From: Candidatus Velthaea sp.
Lineage (GTDB): Bacteria; Vulcanimicrobiota; Vulcanimicrobiia; Vulcanimicrobiales; Vulcanimicrobiaceae
Direction: 5' to 3'
Assembly: GCA_050012475.1 (NCBI GenBank)
Contig: JBEKHC010000088.1
Coordinates: 1 to 21,413, forward strand
Length of the DNA stretch: 21,413 bases
Shown here piece after piece: positions 1 through 7,442 of this stretch. The stretch's first letter is position 1, and each line of letters opens with the position of its first letter. The notes beneath the pieces are model-generated. The model saw only the letters and a list, made by a program, of their open reading frames with translations, was not told where the DNA came from and did no database searches. Both the position numbers and the translations under genes were made by a program.

Positions 1-658
1 CGAACACGTCGTAGCGCGTTCCCGTGTCGGCTGCGACGAAGTACGACATGTTTTCCACCACGCCGAGAATCGGCTTCTTGAGCTGATGGATGAGGTTCGC
101 CGCCTTGCGCACGATCATCGTGGCCAACCGCTGCGGCATGGTGACGAGCACGACGCCGTCGATGTCGAGCGACTGCAGCACCGTCAGTGGAGCATCCGAT
201 GTGCCCGGGGGCAGATCGATGAGCAGCACGTCGAGATCGCTCCAGAGCACCTGTTCGTAGAATTGGCGGATGACGCCCGACAAGATCGGCCCGCGCCAGA
301 TCATCGCGGTGTCTTCCTTGTCGGTGAGCAAATTCGAACTGACGATTTCGATAGCGGACCGCGTGCGAGCCGGCACCATGAGCGGTTTGGGCGGTTGTCC
401 GGGAGCAACGTTGGGATCGCTCTCGATCGCCAGCGGCAGCGTGAGACCGAACAGCCGCGGGATCGACGGCCCCGTGATGTCGGCGTCGAGAATGCCGACC
501 CGTTTGCCGGCGCGCCGCAGTCCGACGGCGAGCAGCGCGGTCGTCAATGATTTACCGACGCCGCCTTTGCCCGACATGACCGCAACGACGTGACCGAACT
601 TCGCGCGTCGTGCGAATTCCGTAGGCGCACGGCGTGCGGGTGCTCGGTCTTCGTTCAT
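1..658 (-). CDS. Mrp/NBP35 (ApbC) family P-loop ATPase, Fe-S cluster carrier; runs off the window at its 3' end
   Basis: Manual minus-strand translation from ATG at 658: MNEDRAP...VVAVMSGKGGVGKS...GILDADITGPSIP...WRGP...DLPPGTSD...GVVENMSYF, the family signature motifs. Absent from the ORF track because it has no stop in the window. Confidence 0.93.
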   Translation of the reverse strand, partial: MNEDRAPARRAPTEFARRAKFGHVVAVMSGKGGVGKSLTTALLAVGLRRAGKRVGILDADITGPSIPRLFGLTLPLAIESDPNVAPGQPPKPLMVPARTRSAIEIVSSNLLTDKEDTAMIWRGPILSGVIRQFYEQVLWSDLDVLLIDLPPGTSDAPLTVLQSLDIDGVVLVTMPQRLATMIVRKAANLIHQLKKPILGVVENMSYFVAADTGTRYDVF

Positions 659-879
659 GATCGTGGGTACACGGCCCGACAAACGCGCTTGCTGAAGTGC
701 GGTGACGATCGGTTCCGAACGCAGGCCGTGTGACTTGGCGCCGGCGGCGATCGTCTCATACTTGTTGACTCCGCAACCGGAACAGGCAAGGCCGAACTGG
801 CCGAGAACATCGGCGGCAATCGGCAGCGCCTCCACGAGTTCGCGAATATTCGTTTGGGGTGTTATCTCAAAAACCGGCA

Positions 880-922
880 TGAAGCGTGGACTACAACCTT
901 TCGCGCCAGCGGCGCGTATGAT
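880..922 (+). promoter_or_regulatory. Putative class II Crp-family promoter: imperfect palindrome TGAAG-cgtgga-CTACA (880-895) plus -10 TATGAT (917-922)
   Basis: One mismatch from TGTAG-N6-CTACA, with 22 nt between TAC and the TAnnnT hexamer. Same geometry as the sites upstream of pufB and bchF. Confidence 0.45.
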
Positions 923-979
923 AATTTCGGACGACCTTTGTGTCGGACAGTTCCGGCCCGGCCGGAAGGAGGTGCGACC

Positions 980-1432
980 TTGGGAGCATTCGCCGCGTTG
1001 ACGATTCCGCTCGACTTGTCACGGCCTGGTGCCGGTACTCTCGCTCTGGCTGCCGCGCAATCGACGGCGGGATCGACCGACGTCGCGATCGATGTTGCGC
1101 ACAACGAGCTCACGATGAAACTCCAAATGCCGGGCAACATCAAATCGATTATGAATCGCCTCAAGGCTGCGGGGTTTGCGATTCCTCCCAAGATCCGCGC
1201 CGTGGTTCCGGTCCGATCGCTAGGACTACCCGATCGACGTCCGGACGTCCCCCATATGCTCGCTCAAATCAATGCCTCGGAGCATGTAAGCGACGCTTCG
1301 CTAGACGGCGCTCAACTGACGGCGATGATCGGTCCGTCGTCCAAGGGCCTGTACCAGATTTACTGGTCGCTCATCCACGCCGGCCTGATGGCTCAGGACA
1401 CGCCGACACTCCCCGCTCTCCGAGGACTCTAG
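980..1432 (+). CDS. Hypothetical protein, probable tandem HMA/ferredoxin-like fold lacking CxxC
   Basis: Strong SD AAGGAGG at 966-972 and TTG start at 980 within ORF 854..1432. Two repeats end in LKAAGF and LIHAGL. Stop codon abuts the desaturase gene. Confidence 0.7.
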   Translation: MGAFAALTIPLDLSRPGAGTLALAAAQSTAGSTDVAIDVAHNELTMKLQMPGNIKSIMNRLKAAGFAIPPKIRAVVPVRSLGLPDRRPDVPHMLAQINASEHVSDASLDGAQLTAMIGPSSKGLYQIYWSLIHAGLMAQDTPTLPALRGL

Positions 1433-1434
1433 TT

Positions 1435-2859
1435 CTGCTCGTCTCGACCCACTCCCCGACTCCGGATGCACCGAGCTACACCGACGACACGCTCATTATC
1501 GGCGGCGGTGTGGCCGGGCTTGCCGCTGCGAAATTTCTCGCCGATGCCGGCCGCCGCGCGACGGTGCTCGAGAAGCGCGGCGTCTTAGGCGGAAAGCTCT
1601 CGTCGTGGCGCGATCGCGACGGCGACATCCTCGAAACGGGCTTACACTCGTTTTTTGGCGGGTACGACTTTCTTCATGAGCTCCTACGGGACGTCGGGAT
1701 CTCGCACCACGTCCTGTGGCAGCCGCATACGCTCACCTTCGCGATGCCGCCGGGGTTTTCCAACCGCGTCGGCGCGCAGGCGATTTTCGAAGAGTTTCAT
1801 TTCGTCGACGCCCCGTCGCCCTTGAACGGCGTCGGCGCGGTGCTCAACGCGAAATACGTTTTCAACGCGTTCGAGAAGCTGCTGTTCGCGACCGGAACGC
1901 TGCCGGTGCTCACCGGCGACCAGTCGTACGTCGAGCGTCAGGACGGCCTCACGTACGCCGATTGGCATCGCCGGCGCAAGATGTCCGAACACATGCTGGC
2001 CACGTTTTTCGCGCCGATGGCCTTGGCATTGAACTTCACTCCGGTCCAGCAGATTTCAGCCGGCGCGATGTTGCGCGTGATGGCGTATTTCGCCAGTTCA
2101 AAGAATGCGAGCCGGGCGGGATTTCTCGACGGGCCGCCGGTCGAACGTCTGATCGATCCGATCGCCGAGTATTGCCGCGAGCGCGGTCAGGTTGTCGAAA
2201 AGGATGCGCGCGTCGGCGAGCTGTTGTTCGAGGGCGGCCGCTGCATCGGCGCGCGCTGCACCGATGGCCGCACGTATTATGCCGCCAACGTCATCATCGC
2301 GACGCCGGTCCACAACGCCGCGCAGCTTTTGCCGGCCGAGATGCTGCGCGACCCGCTCGTCGCCGGCGTCGGAAAACTCACGTCGTCGCCGGTCATCAAC
2401 GGCCACTTCTGGTTCGACCGGCCCGTCTCCAAGCACACGAATTTGATTTTCGGAGCCGGAACGCTGCTGCCGGTTCACGCCGACCTCGGTCAGGCGTCCG
2501 CCGGTTACGAGTGGCCCGGAAAATCGTTCATCGAGGTCTGCATCGCCCCGGCCGACGAGCTCATGAAGCTCGACAACGACGCGGTGATCGATCTGGTGAT
2601 GCGCGATATGCATCGGCTCTATCCGCTTGCGACCAAGGAGTCACTGGTGAAAGCGAAGCTGGTGCGTGTGCCCAAGAGCGTGCACCGCGCGGTACCCGGC
2701 GCGGAACGGTTACGGCCGGGCGCGCGGACTCCGGTCGGCAACCTCTTCTTGGCGGGATGCTACACCAATCATCGGTTCCCGGCCAGCATCGAAGGCGCGA
2801 TCCGTAGCGCCCGGTATGCCGTGGACGGCGTCCTGGAATTCGCCGGTGCTCGGACTTAA
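1435..2859 (+). CDS. crtP: Phytoene desaturase, CrtP/PDS (cyanobacterial/plant type) family FAD-dependent carotene desaturase
   Basis: Rossmann motif IIGGGVAGLAAA. PDS-like motifs GGKLSSWRDRDGDILETGLHSFFGGY, PSPLNG, YVERQDGLT, ALNF, FLDGPPVERL and ASIEGA. Adjacent to crtB. Start uncertain: CTG at 1435 after GAGGA, with no ATG/GTG/TTG between the upstream stop and the FAD motif. CrtP versus CrtQ assignment needs a phylogeny. Confidence 0.78.
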   Translation: MLVSTHSPTPDAPSYTDDTLIIGGGVAGLAAAKFLADAGRRATVLEKRGVLGGKLSSWRDRDGDILETGLHSFFGGYDFLHELLRDVGISHHVLWQPHTLTFAMPPGFSNRVGAQAIFEEFHFVDAPSPLNGVGAVLNAKYVFNAFEKLLFATGTLPVLTGDQSYVERQDGLTYADWHRRRKMSEHMLATFFAPMALALNFTPVQQISAGAMLRVMAYFASSKNASRAGFLDGPPVERLIDPIAEYCRERGQVVEKDARVGELLFEGGRCIGARCTDGRTYYAANVIIATPVHNAAQLLPAEMLRDPLVAGVGKLTSSPVINGHFWFDRPVSKHTNLIFGAGTLLPVHADLGQASAGYEWPGKSFIEVCIAPADELMKLDNDAVIDLVMRDMHRLYPLATKESLVKAKLVRVPKSVHRAVPGAERLRPGARTPVGNLFLAGCYTNHRFPASIEGAIRSARYAVDGVLEFAGART

Positions 2860-3742
2860 ACCAGGACTCGCCCTCGCCCCCGCCGAGGCGCCCGAGAGCT
2901 CGTATCTCGACGACTGCTACCGCCATTGCCGGGACATCGCCCGCAGCAATTCGAAAACGTTTTACCTTAGCTCGCTCTTCTTGTCGCCGGAGAAACGGCG
3001 TGCCGTGTGGGCCGTCTACGCATTTTGCCGGACGGCCGACGACATCGTCGACCAGGTCACGCCGGCCACCGAACGGCTGGCGGCGATCGATTATTGGGAG
3101 CGCGCGCTCCTTGCTGCTTATAATGGTAGTCCTAAGGACCGGATCATGGTCGCGCTCTACGACGCGATCCGCCGCTTCGACATCCCGCTGCAGCCCGCAC
3201 TGGATCTGCTGCGCGGGGCGCGGCTGGATATTACCGTGCGCCGCTACGCGACCTACGACGATTTGCGCGAGTACTGCTATTTGGTCGCCTCGACCGTCGG
3301 TTTGCTGACCTCGCCGATCTTGGGCTACACGTCCGACGCTGCGCTCGACTACGGTGTCGCCTTGGGCCGCGCCATGCAGATGACCAACATCCTGCGCGAC
3401 GTCGGCGAAGACGCGCGGATGGGCCGGATCTATCTGCCGCTCGACGAGATGCAGCAGTTCGGCTACACCGAGTCGTCGCTGTTCGAGGAAGTCGTCGACG
3501 GCGCGTTCGTCGCGCTCATGAAGTTCCAAATCGACCGGGTGCGCCGGCTCTACGCCGAGGCCGAGCCGGGCATCGCGATGCTGGCGCCGGAGTCGCGCTA
3601 CACGGTTCGCCTGGCACTGACCCTGTACCGGCAGATCCTGCGCTCGATCGAGGATAACCGCTACGACGTGTATTCCAAACGCGCGTACGTTCCGTTCCGC
3701 TCGAAGATGCTCGCCGCGATGACGGTCGCCTTCATCCGCTAA
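2846..3742 (+). CDS. crtB: Phytoene synthase
   Basis: Motifs SKTFYLSS, VYAFCRTADDIVD, YCYLVASTVG and LGRAMQMTNILRDVGEDARMGRIYLP. GTG start at 2846 overlaps the end of the desaturase. Confidence 0.93.
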   Translation: MLGLKPGLALAPAEAPESSYLDDCYRHCRDIARSNSKTFYLSSLFLSPEKRRAVWAVYAFCRTADDIVDQVTPATERLAAIDYWERALLAAYNGSPKDRIMVALYDAIRRFDIPLQPALDLLRGARLDITVRRYATYDDLREYCYLVASTVGLLTSPILGYTSDAALDYGVALGRAMQMTNILRDVGEDARMGRIYLPLDEMQQFGYTESSLFEEVVDGAFVALMKFQIDRVRRLYAEAEPGIAMLAPESRYTVRLALTLYRQILRSIEDNRYDVYSKRAYVPFRSKMLAAMTVAFIR

Positions 3743-4085
3743 CGGCGGCTCTCCGAGGCGGCTCTCCAAAAGTCCACGTTCCGCGTATTGCCCGCGCTTC
3801 GCTTCCCGTGGGCCGGGCGCCGGACCCGAACACCCCCGCGGCGCGGTCTAGGATGGCCCAAACGCCCTGCACCGCGGCTCGCGCCGAACGGTACAGGTCC
3901 GGCGCAATGCACCGGACCGTGCTGCTGCTGCGGTGATGCAGCGCACCGCTCGGGTCGGGCCCTCGGGCAGATGCTTTGAGCGTCATGCAGGCGCCATCAC
4001 GGCCCAAGGCCGGCCCCCCATTCGCAAGCGCGCGAACCGGATGTCGGCCAAAGCAACGGGGCACCTGCTAACCAGAGGGCGACGG

Positions 4086-4129
4086 CGTAGTACGCACTAC
4101 ACCGGAGCAGCAGTCGGTTTGTCTATAGT
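4086..4129 (+). promoter_or_regulatory. Putative puf promoter: palindrome cGTAG-tacgca-CTACa (4086-4101, GTA-N8-TAC) plus -10 TATAGT (4124-4129)
   Basis: Perfect GTAG-N6-CTAC inverted repeat with 23 nt between TAC and a near-consensus -10, about 50 nt upstream of pufB. Confidence 0.6.
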
Positions 4130-4181
4130 TCATCAAGAGCCGTGCGCTGTACGGCCGCTCATCACCGCTTAGGGGGTCATC

Positions 4182-4370
4182 GTGGCATCTCTTGATCCAG
4201 CGGTCGGCTCCGTCTATGAGATCGGCAACGATCAAGTACCGGAAGTCTACCGCGACTTTTTCAATAACGCGGACTGGACCGCGCACCGCTTTACGGTCTA
4301 CGGATCGTGGGTTTTCTTCATCATTGCCGTCGTCGCTCACATTTTCGTGTGGGCCTGGCGTCCGTGGTAG
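4182..4370 (+). CDS. pufB: Core light-harvesting antenna beta subunit (Chloroflexota B808-866-like)
   Basis: Single TM helix with AVVAHIFVWAWRPW (BChl-ligating His and WxPW). N-terminal DQVPEVYRDFFNNADWTAH. First gene of the puf operon. Confidence 0.95.
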   Translation: MASLDPAVGSVYEIGNDQVPEVYRDFFNNADWTAHRFTVYGSWVFFIIAVVAHIFVWAWRPW

Positions 4371-4382
4371 GAGGCGAGAAGC

Positions 4383-4568
4383 ATGATCATTCGTCGTCCG
4401 TATAACTTCCGCGCAACGCTCGGCGCCTATGTGCTTGCCGGCGTCGTCGTCGCGTTCCTGATCCACTTCATCGTGCTCTCCTCGCCGAAGTACAACTGGA
4501 TCTTCCCTGCCCAGACCTCCGGAACCGGAACGTCAACCCAAGTCAACCCGGCGCCGGGCGCCAAGTAG
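4383..4568 (+). CDS. pufA: Core light-harvesting antenna alpha subunit
   Basis: VAFLIHFIVLSSPKYNW motif (AxxIH...L.S..YNW), GGAGG upstream, located between pufB and pufL. Confidence 0.95.
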   Translation: MIIRRPYNFRATLGAYVLAGVVVAFLIHFIVLSSPKYNWIFPAQTSGTGTSTQVNPAPGAK

Positions 4569-4596
4569 TCTGCCGTAAAGAAGCGGGGAGAGCGTC

Positions 4597-5418
4597 ATGC
4601 TCGAATTCGAAAGCGCCTATAGGAAGCCGGGAAACACGCTCTTCCGCTCGATCTTAGGAACGGACCCCTTCGATTGGTGGGCGGGCCGTTTCTACGTCGG
4701 ATTGTGGGGCGTCGTTACGATCCTGGCCATCGCGGCCGGCGTGGGCGTGTTGTTCATCGCTGTCGGCCAATACGGTGACTGGGATTTGTGGCGTGCGAAC
4801 GTTCATGCGCCGCTGCGTGAGTATGGACTGGGCGTTGCTCCGTTCATGCAAGGCGGTGCGTGGCAAGCCGTCGTCATCCTGGCGACCGTCGCGTTCGTTT
4901 CCTGGGCGTTACGCGAAGTGGATATCTGCCGCAAACTCGAGATGGGCTACCACGTCCCGCTCATGTTCTCGTTTGCGATTTCGGCGTGGGTGACGCTGCA
5001 GATCATTCGCCCGCTCTGGATGGGCTGCTGGTGCGAAGGCTTCGATCTCAGTTATTCGGGTCACTTGACCTGGGTTTCCAACACGGGCTTCCGCTATCAG
5101 AACTTTTATCTCAATCCGTTTCACGCGTACGCCATTTTAGGATTCTTCCTTACGGCAATGGCGCTCGCGATGCACGGCAGCGCGATCCTCGGGACGTACA
5201 ACACCGACAAAGACCCGGTTCAAGAAGAAGCCAACGTCGACAATTTCTGGCGTGACTACATCGGCTACTCGATCGGCGAGTACGGGATTCACTTCCTGGG
5301 ATTCTGGTTGGCGATTTATACGCTGATCGTCAGCGATCTCTGCATCTTGACATCGGGCACGTTGGTGCAGGACTGGGTCGCTTTCTGGCAATGGCACATA
5401 CCCTTCATGCCGCACTAA
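4597..5418 (+). CDS. pufL: Type II photosynthetic reaction centre L subunit
   Basis: Motifs DPFDWW, FVSWALREVDICRKL, GHLTWVSNTG (His L153), NPFH (L173), AMHGSAIL (L190) and GYSIGEYGIH (Ser L223, His L230). Confidence 0.98.
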   Translation: MLEFESAYRKPGNTLFRSILGTDPFDWWAGRFYVGLWGVVTILAIAAGVGVLFIAVGQYGDWDLWRANVHAPLREYGLGVAPFMQGGAWQAVVILATVAFVSWALREVDICRKLEMGYHVPLMFSFAISAWVTLQIIRPLWMGCWCEGFDLSYSGHLTWVSNTGFRYQNFYLNPFHAYAILGFFLTAMALAMHGSAILGTYNTDKDPVQEEANVDNFWRDYIGYSIGEYGIHFLGFWLAIYTLIVSDLCILTSGTLVQDWVAFWQWHIPFMPH

Positions 5419-5445
5419 ACGAGCAGCAAGGAAAGCGCATATACG

Positions 5446-6459
5446 ATGGCAACTGTCATCAACGAGCAGCCCACTAGCGAGCCGCCGTTCGAGCTCCCTG
5501 GACCAAGCTACTACGACGAGCGTGATATCGTCGGAGTCCGGCTGGGCGTGCCGTTTCGGTTGCCCTTCTTGGGGCTCTTCGGCCTCCCGACGCAGCTCGG
5601 CACGATCTGGCTGGGTTCTTGGGGCGTTGCTTCCGTCGCGCTGTTCATCGCCGGGCTTTTCGTTTTGTTCGCGTCGGGCATCGCGTCGATGAACGGCAAC
5701 GCGCTCGAATACATTCGACATTTCGCCAACGTCCAAGAGCTGCCGCCGGACGGCTTGGGCATGGCGCGCAGCTTGTCGGCCGGCGGCTATTGGGAAATTA
5801 ACATGGTCCTGTGGGCCGGCGCCGTCGTCTGCTGGGCCGGCCGCTGCTGGGAACGTCTGCTGCGCTACAGCTGGCGGCCGTATCTGTTCTTCGCCTGGCT
5901 ATCCGCGATTCTCCTGACGTCCACGATCTGGGTCTTCCGCCCGATCATGATGGGAACGTGGGCTGAGGCGCCGGGCTTGGGTCTCAACGCCGACCTCGAC
6001 TGGGCGCAGAACTTCAGCGTGCTGTGGGGCAACTTGTACTACAATCCCTGGCACCAGCTCGCGATTTTCTTCCTGTTCGGATCGACGATGCTGTGGGGCA
6101 TGCACGGCGCGACGATTCTCGCAACGTCCGCCGAGGGCAGCCACCACGAAGTCGCCGAGATCAAAGACATGCACTCGGGCTCGCACAAGTCGATGCTGTT
6201 CTGGCGCTGGACCATGGGCTGGAACGCCAACCCCAAGACCATTCACGATTGGATCTGGTGGTTCTCGGTCGGTGTCGTGGTGAGCTGCTCGATCGGCATC
6301 ATCAGCACGGGCTGGATCACCAATGACTGGTACGTCTGGGGGGTCGACAACGGAACGGTCGCGCAATACGGGCCGCTGACGCGCGACGCGATCAACCTGC
6401 GCCCGAACCAAGTGAAGCTCGAGCTGCCGGTCTATATGCCGCAGCCGGTGAACCGCTAA
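5446..6459 (+). CDS. pufM: Type II photosynthetic reaction centre M subunit
   Basis: Motifs QLGTIWLG, RPIMMGTWAEAP, GNLYYNPWH (His M202), MHGATILA (M219) and LFWRWTMGWNA...IH (Trp M252, His M266). Confidence 0.98.
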   Translation: MATVINEQPTSEPPFELPGPSYYDERDIVGVRLGVPFRLPFLGLFGLPTQLGTIWLGSWGVASVALFIAGLFVLFASGIASMNGNALEYIRHFANVQELPPDGLGMARSLSAGGYWEINMVLWAGAVVCWAGRCWERLLRYSWRPYLFFAWLSAILLTSTIWVFRPIMMGTWAEAPGLGLNADLDWAQNFSVLWGNLYYNPWHQLAIFFLFGSTMLWGMHGATILATSAEGSHHEVAEIKDMHSGSHKSMLFWRWTMGWNANPKTIHDWIWWFSVGVVVSCSIGIISTGWITNDWYVWGVDNGTVAQYGPLTRDAINLRPNQVKLELPVYMPQPVNR

Positions 6460-7442
6460 TGAACATCAAACGCGTCCTCGGACCCATCGTCATCGTCTGC
6501 GTGCTCTCGTTATCGGGCTTGGTCCAGCCGCTCATCGACAAGGCTCGGGCGGCGGACGGCCCGGGTCAAGTCACCAGCAAGGCGGGTCCGTGGGCTCCCG
6601 GCGGTTCGACTGCCCCCGAAGCGCCGCATCTCTCATCGTCGATCGGCACCCAGGACGGCGGACAGATCCCGCCCGAGGCGCTCAAGGGCGTCGGCCCCGT
6701 CGATCAAAGCGCGCCGCTGGATTTCAGCGATCAGCCGGCCGCGGTCCCGCATCAATACGTCGGCGGTCGCACCTACAACGTGCAAGTCCTCAAACAGTAC
6801 TCGTACGTGCAGCTGCTGGGCCAGATGAACCAGTACACGGTGGCACTGGGCGTGCAGTGCACGTACTGCCACAACGTGCAGAACTTCGCGTACGACACGC
6901 CAACAAAGAGGGTTGCGCGGACGATGCAGATTATGTCCAACGAAGTTGGACGGTCGTGGGTCGATCCGATCAAGAAAGATTATCCGAACTACGCGGTCAA
7001 TGGTGCCGTGGGATGCGTAACGTGTCATCGCGGCGCTCCGCGAATGGGTGTTTCATGGAACATCGTGCCGGTGCAATTCTTGAACTACCGCTATAAATCG
7101 ACCAAGCAGGTCGGCTATGTGGTGAACTCGATGTACTCGGTGGCTCGGTCGCTGGGCGTGAACTGCCTGTTCTGCCACAACACGGCCGACTTCCTGACGC
7201 TTCAATACTATCCGACGAACCAGATCGCACATCGCATGTGGGCGATGGTCGATAAGATCAACCACGAGTATCTGCCGGCGAACATCAAGGCCGTTACGTG
7301 CTATACCTGTCACCAAGGTGCGAAGTGGCCGCAGGCGCTCGTGACCGCGGGCCTGGATCAGGCTCCCGCCGATGCGGTCGCCGCCCATCCGGAAGTTCAT
7401 GAGAATCCCGGAGCCCATCTAGCGTCGGGAGCGTTGCCCTGA
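6459..7442 (+). CDS. pufC: Reaction-centre-bound tetraheme cytochrome c subunit
   Basis: Four CxxCH motifs (CTYCH, CVTCH, CLFCH, CYTCH), N-terminal hydrophobic signal/anchor, and TAATG overlap with the pufM stop. Confidence 0.95.
   Translation: MNIKRVLGPIVIVCVLSLSGLVQPLIDKARAADGPGQVTSKAGPWAPGGSTAPEAPHLSSSIGTQDGGQIPPEALKGVGPVDQSAPLDFSDQPAAVPHQYVGGRTYNVQVLKQYSYVQLLGQMNQYTVALGVQCTYCHNVQNFAYDTPTKRVARTMQIMSNEVGRSWVDPIKKDYPNYAVNGAVGCVTCHRGAPRMGVSWNIVPVQFLNYRYKSTKQVGYVVNSMYSVARSLGVNCLFCHNTADFLTLQYYPTNQIAHRMWAMVDKINHEYLPANIKAVTCYTCHQGAKWPQALVTAGLDQAPADAVAAHPEVHENPGAHLASGALP

Noticed and set aside
86..593. Plus-strand ORFs 86..550 and 270..593
   Set aside because: Antisense shadows of the minus-strand Mrp/ApbC gene.
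940..1434. N-terminal 165 aa of the 639-aa ORF 940..2859
   Set aside because: Out-of-frame overlap with the SD-supported 980..1432 gene, Arg/Ser-rich with no motif. Not a real fusion.
4119..4136. FNR box candidate TTGTC...ATCAA upstream of pufB
   Set aside because: The spacer is 8 nt rather than 4, and it overlaps the likely -10 element.
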